Below are positions 36,200 to 50,865 of a stretch of DNA of 64,000 nt, piece after piece. The position numbers and the translations under genes were made by a program. This stretch comes from Octopus vulgaris. Lineage: Eukaryota. Each line of letters starts with the position of its first letter. Position 1 is the first letter of the stretch. The notes below the pieces were generated by a model. The model was given only the letters and a program-made list of their open reading frames with translations, had not been told where the DNA came from and did not search any database. The DNA lies in the NCBI GenBank assembly GCA_951406725.2, contig OX597820.1, positions 30,442,001-30,506,000 of the forward strand, given 5' to 3'.

Positions 36200-36987
36200 C
36201 ATATACATACATATATATATATATATATAGCTTGTCTTTTTTTCTTACAAAAATTATTTTTGGAAATTTTTCTTTTATGACTATGTACAAAATTTGAACC
36301 AATATCCACACATTATTGCTCAGATTAAAATATAGGATATATATGTATGTATCTTATTAAGGAGACAATAAAAAAAAAAGATATATATATATATATATAA
36401 ATGAAAAAAAAAATAATAGCTTCTAAGTCGAGGTGTGGAATTAAAAATTTTCAAGTTTACTATAAAAATATGTGTCCATGTCTATACATATATACATCCA
36501 CATATATGTAACACAAACACACACTCATAAATATTTCTTATTCATTCATATATCAAAAGGAGATATTCATGGTCAATGTTTTTTCAACCAGTATATTGAA
36601 GTTATATGACTAAGGGTAGAGGGATATTACATCAAAGTCTGTTTTATTTTGCCCATCACAGCATGTGATATACTTAGCACAGATTATATATATGTATATA
36701 TATATATATGCGCACACATACACATATTCATACACACAAGAACAATTCACTTTTCTTTTTGCTTTCACAAACTTGTTATTCACTGTTAACACCATTCAGG
36801 TTTTGTAGTAATACAGGGCTACCACTGCCTTTTTGCATAGAGTCTGTACCTGACTCACCCATTTTGCTTTATCAAACATTTATAAGAAAAAATTTGCCAG
36901 TGATTTTGAAGTTTTGGCTTCATCACCTTTCTCAGATAGAAAGCAATGAAGCTCTAACTTCAAACTCACTTTCAACATTTTTCTCAT

Positions 36988-37026
<39 letters not shown>

Positions 37027-37129
37027 TGTCTTGCAGGATTTGCACTGAAAGTTTTTATTACATATATTTATATATTTTGAAGAATGATTTCAAAATATTT
37101 ATATATTTTTAAATTCAAAAAAAAAAATG

Positions 37130-38400
37130 TTCATTCAGCTCTGGTGGGATTTGAACTGCAGTATGTAAAAGGATATAACTGGTCACAAGCAATTTTGTTG
37201 AACATGCTACTGATCTCACTAGCTTATAGGGATTTCTATCATTGAAGAATGTGTTTAACCAGATGGACCCTAGAAGGATGAAAGACAAAGACAACCTATA
37301 ATAATGGTTTCAAATTTGGCACAAGGCCAGCAAATTCAGGGGACGGGGCTAGTTGAATACATCAACCGCATTGCACAATTGGTACTTATATTATCTACCC
37401 TGAAAGAATGCAAGGTAAAGTCAGCCTCAGCAGAGTTAGAACAAAGAACGTAAAGACAGATGAAATGCAGCTAAACAGTTTGCCAGGCGTATTAACACTT
37501 CTGCTAGCTTACTGCCTTATGACAAACCACGATAAATAATAATATTGTTTCAAATTTTGGTGAGGCTAGTCAATTTTTAGGAACAGGGTTAGTCAATTAC
37601 ATCGACCCTGGTACTGTATTTAATCAACCTAAAAAGAATGAAAATTTTTTTACCTTGGTGGGATCTGAGCTCAGGATGTAAACAGCCAGAAGAAATGCTA
37701 AGCATTTTGTTCAATGCACTAACAATTCTGCTGGTTCACCAGTCTTGTAAATAATGATAATAATTTATAATAGAAGCTCAAAGCCAACATTTTGAGAGGA
37801 CTCTACAGCCAATTTAATTGATTTCAGTAGTCTTGGAAGGAGAAAATGCCCAGTCAATCTCAATAGCAGTTTTGAAATTAGAAGAGAAAGGGTTATAATG
37901 CCACAAAAAAAAATTTCTCAAAGCACTTCAGTTTGACAATGTACTAATTCTGCCAACCTATTACCTTAGAATATTAAGAGGGATTTCACAAGGTCAAATA
38001 TCATTATAAGTCAATGAAACCAGTTCTTATTCAACAACTCAAGAAAGATGAAAAGTTGACTTATGGCTGGATTTGAATTAAGAATGCAAATGATGAAACA
38101 AAGTACTACTTAGCATTCTATTTGCTACTTTTCTGATTCTACCATCCTTGAAGTGATTGTTTGTAATTTAGGTACATGGCCAACAAATATAAGCGGATGG
38201 GACAAGTCAATGTCATCAATCTCAGTACTTTACTTTTCCAACCCGGAAGGGATCTGAACTCATAAGGGACCAGAACAAACACATGGAATTTGTCTTACAG
38301 TTTGTGGTTTGTTAAAGTGTAAGGACATGCCTGTTATTTATTTCACATACCTCAGAGGGAAGAAAGGCAAAAAGCAATCCCAGCAAGATTTGAACTTGGA
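37130..38400 (-). mobile_element. Cluster of about 6 co-oriented degenerate SINE family B copies
   Basis: Repeated 'aaaggatgaaa...atttgaact...agcatttt...attctgc' modules, all on the same strand. Confidence 0.65.
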
Positions 38401-38439
38401 ACAGATGCATCAATCTTTAAAATACTGTAAAGAATCTAC

Positions 38440-38800
38440 AAAATAAGAGGCACTGTTTTTTGGAATACTGAAGAGCCTCTACACCACTCTTGGGTGAGCC
38501 ACAGCTCAAGATTTTCTGAATGGCATGCCAATGAAAATTACCTTAAATTTTTTTTAGTAGTGCAGCTCACCTGAAGATGCATCATCTTTCATGCAGTCTG
38601 GTTCTTGAAAAATGTTGCCAATGCCCGATTTAAAAGAACAGAGACACCATTTTTTGGCTAACTGAAGAGCATCTAAGAGAGAGGTGCCATTGCTTGAAAT
38701 ACAGAAGAGCACCTAAGAATGGAGGCTTGATTCTTTGGAAATGTAGAGCATCTAATAAAACAGAGGTATCATTATTTGGAATATTAAAGAACACGAGGAC
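38440..38800. repeat. Degenerate ~41-bp tandem repeat
   Basis: Units like 'agagrcaccattttttggaatactgaagagcatctaa' occur about 5 times. Confidence 0.6.
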
Positions 38801-41360
38801 CAATACAACTGCCTATTCCACCAGCATTGCTTTAACTCATGATACTAACCCACCCAAGACTACACTTGGTCCTATGATAGCAAACTTCCTGTTTTAAAGC
38901 GATCTAATTTAAAACCATCCATCTTTCTTGTTCTAAACACCAACTAAAGAATGACAGTTATTTTACTAAACTGAACCCCCCCCCCCAAAAAAAAACACTG
39001 AAACAAAGGCAGTGCATTCGAATACATATTTCGTAATAGCTAATGGTGATAACAAAAACCTTAGTGATTTATTAGGCACAAAAGCTTCAAAATAGGAAAG
39101 TGCAGAAGCATTCATGCCTTTTCCAAAGGCAGAGTTTACTGTCAAAATATTCCGAGCATGATGACAATAGCAAATAATAGAACGAGTGATTTAAAAGCCA
39201 AACCAGTACTTGATATAATAATAGATAGATATTGACAGTGAAGGTATAAAACACAATAGTAAAAATTACAAATTGAATAGGGGATCCAAGCAAAATTAGG
39301 GTTTCTAGTATTTTTAATCTTAGTATAAGCACCAGATTCAGAAACAATCTTGTCACTGGATCTATTTCTTTCTTCTACTTCAAATTGCTGCTCATAATGT
39401 CAAACAATCTTATGTTGTACATTATCTATTGTTTATCCTTGCACTGAATGATAACCAAAGTTAGCATCACCATACTTTGTACGAGGAGCATGAAAAATCT
39501 CTTTTTAGTAATGTTGTGATGGAGAAAAAGACCTCATTAGCACAAATCATTTTAATAATTTCAGCAAACAGGGAGATAACTCACTGTTTTAGTCTTATTA
39601 GACCTCTTCAGCAAAGCACAGACTTCACCATGCTGGAGTACAAAATCAATAAGTAGATATAAAATACTGTACACACACAGGCTTGAAAAATTAGCATATT
39701 TAAAAAGGATAAAATCACTGGTAACTATCTACCTTCATATATTATACTGCAAATAAGCAAGGCTAACAATTTTCTCTGTGTAGCCTGCAAACAGTTGGGT
39801 TGAATCTAATGCCTTGACCTTACTTTCAGGCCTCTCAAATCTCTCCTACAATGTAATTCTGGAAAGTATACTACCACATTGTTGAAACCTTGAAGCTATG
39901 TGATAATTCATGATAAATTCAAAATAATAAGCACTATATTTGACAGAGGAATCTGAATGGTAAAGGGTTAATGGAACTGCATTAAATATTACAATGCATT
40001 TAAGTAGTCAATAATTCTTGTCAATCCAATACTTGATAACTTTTTGGAACACATAGTATATATATATGCAACTAAGAATGAGCTTATTTCAGATTTAAAC
40101 GTTATGCTTTTAAAATTTTCCCTTTACATACATAGGGACGCTGAGCCCACCACTGTATTTTAGGCTACATAAATGATTTAGAGCAGCAGATTGCAGTAAA
40201 TTCATTTGGTTCACCAATTAATCCTTATAAGAATTTACAGCCATATGAATTTGGGTTCAGACCTACTCCACAGCACTTTAGATAGGTGTCTTCAACTATA
40301 GCTCACAAGCCAAACAGAGCCTTGTTTGTGGATTTGATAGAGGGAAAGTGAAAAAAACCTGTCATATACATGTTTGTATGTTCCACTATCTTAACATATT
40401 GTAATGATTATTCATTTCCAGTCTTTCGTGGTCTGAGTATAAAGAAATATTACCTAGCTTGGAAACAAGGGCACCCAGCTATAGAAACTCTGCCTCAACA
40501 AATTGTCTTCCATGGAAAAAAAAAACCCCCTTTTCTGAGTGTTCAAATTATTTTAGTCTCTTTCTCTACTCCACTACCTGGCCAGGTAAGTGAAACAAAG
40601 TAACAGGGTATCTAGATGAAACACCATTGTACCACAAACAATATGCCAACACATTATCTCCTACTGAACTAATATAATAAAAAGAAAGCTTCTTTAATAA
40701 ATAACCAGGTACTGCCAAACTAAACCTTCTTTCGTTACCAAATTTCTGTTGAAATATCTTGCCTTTTCAATTATAAAAATAAAACATTTAGTAAAATAAA
40801 TTTGCTCTTATTTAAGTCTAGACCTATACATAGGGAAAAAATTGATTAGCCACCTCTGAGCAAAACTATGTTGAAAAGCATTCCAGCAGCGATCATTTTC
40901 CTTTCCACCTCAGACATTGTGTATTTAGAACTACATTATTAAATGTATCGTTTTAAGCTTGTACAGTGTGATTTGAAAAGATTAAGTTGTTAATTCTATG
41001 AGAATGAGTAACTATGTAAGAGGCTCCCTTATTTTTCAGTTAGTTTTCAACTTTAGAAAATAGCTCCCATGACAAAATCTTCACAGGCCACAGACACACC
41101 AAATGCCTCCAGCAAGATCTTACGGCCTCAATTTTTCGATGAGTCAACCACAAACTTGACAACTTACACTATACTTACCCACATAAATCACTAGGCCTTG
41201 AACAGTTTCTATGAATAAGTGACCAAGGTTATAACCCTCTCCCTGAATGAGATGCCAATCTGTAGCAGAGCTACACATATACAGCAGGGTGGACTGAATC
41301 CCAATTCAGGAATTATAACCACCATCTGGCAATTGTGAGTTTAACACCCTAATCACCAGA

Positions 41361-41651
41361 CAGTGGCTCTCAACCATCGTTTATCTGCGGACCCCGTTGG
41401 TTACTATTTTATTCTGCGATAACCATTTGTTTATAAACTAGCTTCAAAATTCCTATTTTGCTTTTCACGTACTAACCTGTGTCGGGTTGAACTATGTAAA
41501 ATGTTAGAGAGAGAAACAGATCTTTCTTTGCAATAAATACAGCTAAAGGAAAATCTTTTCACACACAATATACTACAATGGTTCCCCAATTTACTATTCT
41601 GTTTATATGAACCCCTAAAAATCTCATATGGACTCCAGTTGAGAACCATTG
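41361..41651. mobile_element. hAT-Charlie-type MITE
   Basis: TIRs CAGTGGCTCTCAAC ... GTTGAGAACCATTG with subterminal GGACCC-type motifs. Confidence 0.6.
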
Positions 41652-44600
41652 ATTTACACGAAGGTGAAACAATAGCCTGACTGAGTTAAGACTGAAATTG
41701 AAAGCATTTTTATCGTTATATTGATGAAAAATGTGTAGAAATCACTCAACAAAACCTAAACTTTCACTTGCAGATTCAAACACGGACACACTCACTCCAA
41801 ACGAAAAAAGGTCACACCCTAACTAACGCCAACCAACTTATGTTTATATCTTTTTTAATTGCAAAACTGAAAACATGTTTCAGAAATACAACTAAATAAA
41901 TCAAATAAAAAATATTAGTTTAGAAAAAGGAAATTTTTTATATTTTGTATTTTTTATTTTTTTTTTTAAATATATATATGTATACATACATACATATATA
42001 CATTCATATATATATATACATATATATGCACACACACATATATAAAACATTTTCAAAGGAACAGAAAAAAAAAAAAACAAAATCATTTATGCAATGTTTT
42101 AAAATTATATAAAGGATAAAAATAAATAACAATGGTATGAGTGTATATAGGAAAACAGCTATAAGCAAAATGGTAGAAGGAAAAAAAAAAATCAAGAAGG
42201 GGTAAAGGATAAAAAAAAAAAAAAGCCCATCACCAAATTTAAAAATATATATTATATTCGGTATAATAATGGACTGTATCAGGCAGACAGCTGCATTTAG
42301 CCTTTTTGTTTTTCTTTTTTTAATTTTTTTTTATATTTATTACAGAATTATTTCATTTACTCACTAACTACACCACCATTCTACCTCTTAAAACAGAGGA
42401 ATAATATACACATGTGCGTTTCAATATTTTTCATGTATTAATATGTACATACAAACAAACACTCACACTCTAACAAACAAGCGTTTTCATATACATCTGG
42501 AAGATATTGACAGAATATTTACAAAACATGATTAAAAAAAAAAAAAAACCCAAAGAAGAAACTCTTTTACAGCACAAGCATTATTTTGGACAGATTTAAA
42601 CAGTATCTTTTTATTTTATACATTTGAGTATGGGTTGATATTACTCATAATAATAATAATAATAATTAAAAGAATACAAATGGAAGGTAAGTAGTAATGA
42701 TGGTGGTAGTCACAGTTAAATAACTGCTAGTAATAGTAATTCATTTTATTTTGGCAATTTATGCCAAAGATATTTAAGGGATCTGGTGTGAGAGGGGAAC
42801 AGTGAGTGGTGATATTCTGATATTATTCGAATTTTAAGGAGCATTAACAATGTCACTTAAATATAACTGATAGTTTCTACATAGTCAAAGAGAAAACTTT
42901 ATGTTTCTAAATAGGATGCCATTTGCTGTTTGGCACCACCACCACAACTACAACTAATTTTAAGGAGATTTGGCTAATTCTGATAGTCTTAGCAATCACA
43001 GAACTTCCTCTAGGTTTGTGACAAAAGTGGTGGTGGTTTTAGCAGGGAATGTAACAGGATCATGCCCTTGTTAGATCTTCTGCATGGGGATCAAGTCCCA
43101 CATGGGAACATGAAGACATGACTTTCAGAGATATCACCAAGACAAGTTGGAACTAGACTGCCAGAGCATGAAACACAGATAAGCTCAGGAGTCACCTTTC
43201 CAAAGTGCAGCAGCACAATAAGAAAAATGAAGTGGTCTAAGAAATCAAGTAAGCTAAAGATAAAACCACAGAAAACTAACAAAGAATTTCTGTTTCCTTC
43301 TCTAAAGCAACATTACTGCTTCTATCTGAAATTCCTTCTTTCCATAAAATTTCCTCTATCTCTCAATCTGCAGCAGCAGAATTCACAAATCAATATTAGG
43401 CGTCTGTTTATAGTACTTCTAACTTGGACACAAAAATTTTGAAGAGATATGAAATAATGAGCTTATTATATACATGGCTCAGGTGTGCTATGACTTACAC
43501 TAGCCTTCATTTTATCCACTGATGTAAAGCAAAATTGATGCCAGGGTATTATGGTATTTATGTAACTAAATGCCATAAGATATTTCATCTAGCTGAGCTT
43601 TATCAGACTAATAACTGATTTTTTTTTCCTTTGCAAGGGTGTTTAAGCCTCAGGAAGAACAAAATAATTGCTGGGGAAACATGATATTGTATTGATTTCT
43701 TTTGTAGCAGAAAAAGGATGAGGGCTGTAGATTCCAGTCCCTTTATTCATTTTACCAATTCAAGAGAGTAACACCAATATAAAACAGGTAAAATTTGCAC
43801 TCTGATATGCAATCATAACTCAAGAGAAAGTATGTAAAACAAATGCATATGTTTTCCAGTCAGGATAAAATATACAAATGGATTTATATACTCTGGACAA
43901 TAAACAACTCATTTCTCAGATTGTTCAGGCATTAATTTCACTGGGATCTTCAGGATATATTTGCAACTTGAAAATAATGTTGTTTAACTGCTACAAGCCA
44001 GCTTTGGTCAAGCAAATACATCTAAAGCGTTCTTGAAAAGACCATGCTATTGTTTCCCTTCCCTATCCTTCATGCTTATTTATCCTAAGCAAAAACAAGT
44101 CTTGATATGAATATCACAACTCAAATTATTACAAATGTTTTTCCATGGCTGATGTATATCAGTCTATAACAAAAATCAACTGTGACATGTAGAGCATATA
44201 TCTCTCAACTAATGAGCCTAGTGTTAGAAGAATAATAATATTTTTGGAAGTAAAGGAATTTCTGACATTTTAACCATTTGGCAAATTAACAAGCTCGCCA
44301 AATATACAACCTTAGCTTACATCTTACTAGAAACAATACTATATATTATTAATTTTTCATTCATTCATTCAGCTGTTGGCACATAACCAAAAAATTCTTA
44401 CATATGGATAATTCAAATTTTTTAACTTCATTGGTAAGTAGAAATAAAATTTAAAAAGCAAATTTTTTTTTTTTTTTTTCAATGAAGGTCACTAAGACAC
44501 TAGGGTGACATTTGACCAATGAACTTACTGTTGTTAACAGCAACAAATAAATCATCTCCCTCAGTAAATGCTTGGAAAAAAAACTTACACCACTTCTTTA

Positions 44601-46831
44601 TAAGTTATTATCAATGCTTCAAATATTGGCACAAAGCAAAAGCTGACCTAGGTGAGAAATGAACATAGAATGTAAGGAGCCAGAAAAAATACTGCAAAGC
44701 ATTTTTCTGAAAGAATTCTGCCAGCTAACCATTTAAATAATAAGTTTCTGATTTATGCACAAGATCAGCAATATTGAAGGGAAGAGGTTAGACAATAGCA
44801 TCAACCCCATTGTTTACCTTAACTCCAAAGCAGATTTCGTCATGCCCCAATGATTTCACCAGCTTGTCACCTTTTAATAATAATCCTTCCTACTACAGGC
44901 ACAAGGCCTGAAATTTTGGGAGAGGGGGCTAGTCGAATCCACTGATCCCAGTGCCGCTAAGCATTTTGCCTGGCATGTTAACGATTCTACCAGCTTGTTG
45001 CCTTGCCATCCTTTCATAATAATAATAAAAATCAATATGGTTTGTGTTTTTCCAGGTCTACTATTAACATACAGACATATCAAGGAAAGTGTGTGTAAAC
45101 AGATGCTATTTTATTTTCAGTAGGTTTTGCTGAAAGTTGTCAATGTTTAACAAATTCACACCTGTAAGCAGATTTTGTCCATGATAGGATTTTATGTATA
45201 TGTGGTGATCGACAAACTGTATTTCAAACTTCTGTAGCCTCCAAAGGGAAAGTTTAAACAAGTTGCACTTAGATTCAAGGTCTGTTACTATAAAGTTAAG
45301 CCATCACTCAATATATTTTTACAAACTGTTACAACTGTTGCAAGCAGACATCCCCTAGGCCCTCCCATTCTTGACTCAGAGCATGGAGGATGAGAGAGAG
45401 AGAGAGAGAAAGAACTGCACCAGTACTTGGTTTCCTTTTACAGCTATGTGGCTTGAATCAAACTGAAATGAAATGCCTTGCTCAAGAACAGAACACACTA
45501 CCTTGTCAGGAATAGAACCCAAGACCTTATTTATAGCTATGATCCCTAAGAAATAAACAATGCATCTTTTACTATATAGCTATTCAATTTCAATCAGGAG
45601 ATAAAAATACTTGAATGTACATGGGGTGGGTAAGTGAATCAGCCTTACACAGTTACCTCATTCATATCTCTTTACCAGTTTTATTAGTATGCATTTCAGT
45701 GGTTGTCTGAGAAGTAGAAAGATCCTTAAACTGAGGACATCACTAATTTTTACAGTACAATGAATTAAGTAACGAATGTAACAATATAATCCTTATTCAA
45801 ATAACTTTGCTAAATTTAATATGAAGAGTCTCAGTAGCTTTGTAACCAAATATCTGACAGTCAGCCCTTTAACAGGTGTCATGGTGATTAGACCCTTGCA
45901 TTTTCACTGGGCAGTAGATTGACAGAAAACATTTAAGATTAATAAACTGGTCAATGTGAGAAGCACGGTAGACTCAGAACCTTAACCGAAGTCATTCAAT
46001 ATCCTGATAGAAAAAGTTCCTGATGGATGCATAACAGTTGCATCCTTTGTCCAACTTCCTCCATCTATCCCAACATTTCAGTTTATCCTAAAAAAAATTC
46101 TTACTATTGTTAACAGTCAGCTAAAGTGGGGTTTGAAGTAAATGTTATTCAATTATTTCTAAGTTTTTATTTGGTGAGAAGTTAAAAACTAAGCAAAATG
46201 GAAGTTGTGACCCTCTTGCCTTTCCAAGTTTCATCAGCCAAGTAAACCTGAAGCCAACTAAAACTCCAAGCAAAACTGGACAACAAATTCCATTTGCAGT
46301 TGATTAATACACCCTTCACACTAATTAAATTCTTCAATTGTAAGAATGAACAGTCTACATATTCTAGGAAAAATCCATCTAAAATATCTGTTCTCAAGAC
46401 AGGCAGAACACAGGAAAGAACTGAAGCAACAGTAACTCATCTCAATCATTTGTTTTAAATAAAACCTCAAATTCCATTTGAAATGAAGGATTAAAAGAAT
46501 TTAATATTTTGTTAACACTTACAATCCAGAGCCATACATCACTATTTGGAAATGATACATACAAATAGAAGGTTTAGAGATAATAATAATAATAATATAA
46601 CTTAAACCGTTCATGTGGGTGTTTGTGAGTGCAAAGTACAATTGTGACTGATTCCATTTTGCTATCTCATTTTTCAGATACAAACTATTATACAGAAAAA
46701 CTGTAATACCATACAGCAAAATGTAAATGCTGCCAATGTATGTACAAAGGCCTTAACAAATTTAGGATATGACCTCCAAATACCTTAGAGTTCAAAATGA
46801 AGAGAAGGGAAAGAAATACAAGAATGGAAGC

Positions 46832-46864
<33 letters not shown>

Positions 46865-49643
46865 GTATACACACATACATATACATATGTATACACACAA
46901 ATATATAAACACACACACACACACATGTATGCACACTCACACAAGTAATACACCACAGTGCATGTGTGCACATGCATATATAAAAACAATGAATGTTCTT
47001 GTTAAGTACAAAAATAGAAATTTCAATACCAAAATAAGACAGATCAAATGACCAATTATAAGCTGGATTACTTTTTTTAAAATATTTTCCACATATATAT
47101 ATGTATATATATTGAAAAAAGAAAAAAAGGAATAAGATTTTTTTTTCCTTATTCTCTTTCCTCTACTAACCTCTGACTGCAATCTATATAATACAAAAGT
47201 TCCATTCATATAAATGACAGGAGGAAAAAAAATTAGTATTTTCTGTTGATTTTTTTTTCTTTTCTTTTCTGGATGATAATAGCCTGCTACCAATAACAAA
47301 GAATTAGAGAAGTCCTACCAGAATCTGGTTTGGCAACATAATTATCCCCCCCAAAATAAAATAATAAAAAGAGAGAAAACATACAAGCCCCAATAATTAC
47401 CATATTTCATTTTGCACTTGAACATCTTTTCCCCACATTTTCTTGGAGGTAGTTAGAGTATACGATGTAAGTGAAATAGGTGTGTTTGGGAGCATGTATA
47501 GTAACACAATGTTATCATATGGTTATCCACACCAGTGTTACCATGATATACTTTCAATTGTAAGGAGACAGTGAATGTCAATGAGCAGCTACAGTAAGTA
47601 CTGTGCAAAGCAGAAGCAACCAATTCAAGAAGTCTTGCTCAAATTTGTCTGTGACAACACTTCAGTCACATTAAGATTTGCTGATGCAAGCAAACCCTAA
47701 TAAATAATTGTTCCTAATATAGGGTACAAGGCCTGAAATTTGGGGGAGGGTTTAGTCAATTACACTGACACTAGTATTTCACTAGTACTTTATTCTATCA
47801 ACCCTGAAAGGATGAAAGGCAGACTTGACCTGCCAGCTTGCCATCTTCCTAATAATATTGAATTGTTGCTTATGTATAAAGGTTCATCTATCACCTTCAT
47901 GTTTTTCTTATAAATACTAACTTGTTAAAGTAATTCAGACTGGGATAATTCTAATGTAACAATCTCTTACACGTGCACCATACATATGTATGTACTCTAA
48001 AGGTGACCAATTTACAAAGCTACAAATGTTCATCTCATCAATAACTATGGAACGGTTGCTAGGGATTTCAATTTGGAAGTGTTCTTAACTGTGATGGAGA
48101 CTTTAGCAAAATTACAGGAGAGAGAAACGAGGGGAAGAGAGAGATGGGGCAGGAGAGTGAGAGAAAAATGTAAGGAAGAAAGTGCAGAATCAAGAGGAAA
48201 GAGAGAGTAAAAGAAAGAGTTCCACAGTTCCTCTTACCTATCACAGACTAGGAAATTGTTATAAAAATGGAAGTGAGGGATTTTTTCTTTGTATATAAAT
48301 TTTATTTGTTTTTGTGTAAGGAGTTGCTGAGTTTTAACTGTTTTAGGAAAAATAAATATTCCTGCTTTATTTTTGTTTTTAAAGCCATTAGAAAAGAAGA
48401 AACAAGGATGGAAGGGCTCAAGAAGCATCCTATATTAAAAAAAAAAGTCAGGGAACTGACTATTTCTAATGTTCATGCCCTTCTCAAGACAGAAAAAAAA
48501 AACAACCAAACAAAATGTTAGTAATAATAAATTAAAACAATGTAGTTGAGAGATTCAACTAATAATTGAAGAGTTTTGTTTTATACTATTTATGAATGAC
48601 TTCTTATTGGAAAAATAGTTTTCTTATAAAAAATTCTAAACAACTGGAAGCTTTCTTGAAGTTGAGTCAGCAGTAGTCCAGTGGTAAGAGAGAAAAAAGA
48701 AAGAAGAGAGAGAGAACAAAAGAGACTGTGTGTGTATGTGTGTGTGCATGTGTTTATATACATAAGTCATTTCAGTTATAAAGAAAGGTGTAAAAGTTTA
48801 GAGGGGAAAAAGAAAGTACAGTAGATGCTAGAAGGGGAAGAAAAAAAAAAAAGAAAAGAACAAAAGCAAAGTTTTAAATATCCTGAAAGACAGAAAAAGA
48901 AAACTGATGAAACCACCACCTCATTTTTTAACATCCCCTCCCCCACATATAAACAAAATTGAATTTTTTTTCTTCAAAATTAAGATTGGAAGATGGTGGG
49001 GGGATCCTCGGCCAATAATGATAATTATTATTGTAATTGTACTACTAGTAAAAATAACAGTAATAATAAATATATGCATGTATATATGAAAAAGATAGTA
49101 TATATATATATATATTATATATACACACACATCAGTATAATCAACACAAATGCACTTGCAGGGGGGAGGAAAGGTAAACTGCTATTTTATAATGCAGTTT
49201 ACTGCATAATCCTGAATAGATTTTGCATTAATGTCTGTATATATGTATTTTTTTTTTTACTGGTTTATGAGTTTGTATTTTTTTTGTACATTTTTTTTTT
49301 TAGGTTGTTAGGTTATGGTAATTTGTCTTTCCATATATGTATACATATGATATATATGTATATATTATATACACGGTAAAAAAAAAAAAAAAAGCAGAGC
49401 AGAAGACTCCCTTATCAAAATATAGCATGTTTTTCTGTTTTTTTTTTTGCTCTCATTTTTTTAGCTTTTCATTTAAAATATCTTTAGCGCCATTGCTGTT
49501 ATCATAGTTGGAGGGGGGAAAAAAAAAGTGCCTGTAATCATCATAATCATCACTGTCGTGGTTTACCCTGAATACATTTGATAATCAACAGTAGTGTAAA
49601 GCTTTGCATGAGCCACCAACAGGTTTTACACATGTGGCACAAC

Positions 49644-49775
49644 TCAGTCCCCATGGGAACTCGATGGATGCGTTGATGACGATAACGAGTGTGACAAGTG
49701 GCTGGAAGCTGGAATATCAATACCCTTCGTTGGCTTTGGTTCAGCTGATTGACTCTCAAATAAATCCGCATCAGG
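49644..49775 (-). CDS. LARP1: La-related protein 1, last coding exon
   Basis: Acceptor catttctag|CCT in phase 0. PDADLFESQSAEPKPTKGIDIPASSHLSHSLSSSTHPSSSHGD*. Low-conservation tail, assigned by splice site and phase only. Confidence 0.7.
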   Translation of the reverse strand, partial: PDADLFESQSAEPKPTKGIDIPASSHLSHSLSSSTHPSSSHGD

Positions 49776-49794
49776 CTAGAAATGTAAAGAAAAT

Positions 49795-49825
<31 letters not shown>

Positions 49826-50740
49826 CAACACAAACACTCACTCACATTGTTCCTAAAATCCACAATTTCTAAATTAGACACAAGAACTACATATATATCC
49901 ACACACCCACATATATAAATACAAATTTAATAACGACAAAGTAATTTTAATAAATTCTTCAATATCAGAATTTACTGAAACATAGGTAAGGTACTTCATG
50001 ATATTAAACTGGACAATAGTGGGTTGCACTTATGACAAACCAGCAGAAATATATAATTATATTATGTGTGTGTGTGTATATATATGTATAAATACACATA
50101 CGTACATACACACAGATATTGAAGATAGGCTCAAGAAAAACCAAAACCTCTTCAGTTAATACAGTCTTCTATCAGCAGTTGTAGATAAATCTTAGCTTTC
50201 TTGTGTAATCTATTTTTCCACACTATTGTGAATGTAATGGTATTTTGTTAGCAACTGGATAGCTTCCTGCAAATCTCGTGAAAGGAAAGAACAGTTGATG
50301 AAATCAACACCAGTATTGATGAATTGATCACAGAATGATAAAAGTTGACTTTTATCGCATCTGAATAAATATAAGGATGCAACTAAATATACTGCATTTT
50401 GTCAGATGCTCTATCCATTCTGTCATCCACTGCCTTAAGATTGAGGAAGGAGAGATAATACCAGTAAGGGATAGTGATGTTTAGTAATGCCCAAGGACAT
50501 GAAAATGTAGTTCTGGTGCCATGATAAAATGTACAGGGTAAAGTGGTTGGCAACAGGAAGAGTATCCAGTTGTTGGAATCACACCGAAAATGTAACATAT
50601 GAATGACATTTGGTATATATGTCTAAAAGTGCAGTAACTCAAAGAACCATCATGTCCACAATGATTTTCCCAATCTGTATCAGCAAGGAAAAATGAATAT
50701 AAAATGATAATGATCAAAAAGCAAATTTAAAGAAACAAAC

Positions 50741-50865
50741 CTCTTTCCGGAAATCTTCTAAGCGTTTGTATGTTGATAACCACTGTTTTAATTTGGAATC
50801 CACATCCACGTTTCTTCGAGAATATTTTAAGAATGCCCAAAATTTCTCCAAACCATACAGCTGAC
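50741..50865 (-). CDS. LARP1: LARP1 exon, DM15 repeat C
   Basis: aatcag|GT ... GAG|gtttgt. (G)QLYGLEKFWAFLKYSRRNVDVDSKLKQWLSTYKRLEDFRKE. Confidence 0.95.

Noticed and set aside
35936-37112. ORFs rich in IYIY/HTHT
   Set aside because: Translations of (TA)n and (CA)n microsatellites.
38440-38800. CRISPR-like repeat-spacer appearance
   Set aside because: Eukaryotic context, non-identical repeats, mutually similar spacers and no cas genes.
49550-49918. ORFs 49550-49837(-) and 49604-49918(+)
   Set aside because: Wrong frame or strand relative to the phase-consistent last LARP1 exon; they run into (TA)n.
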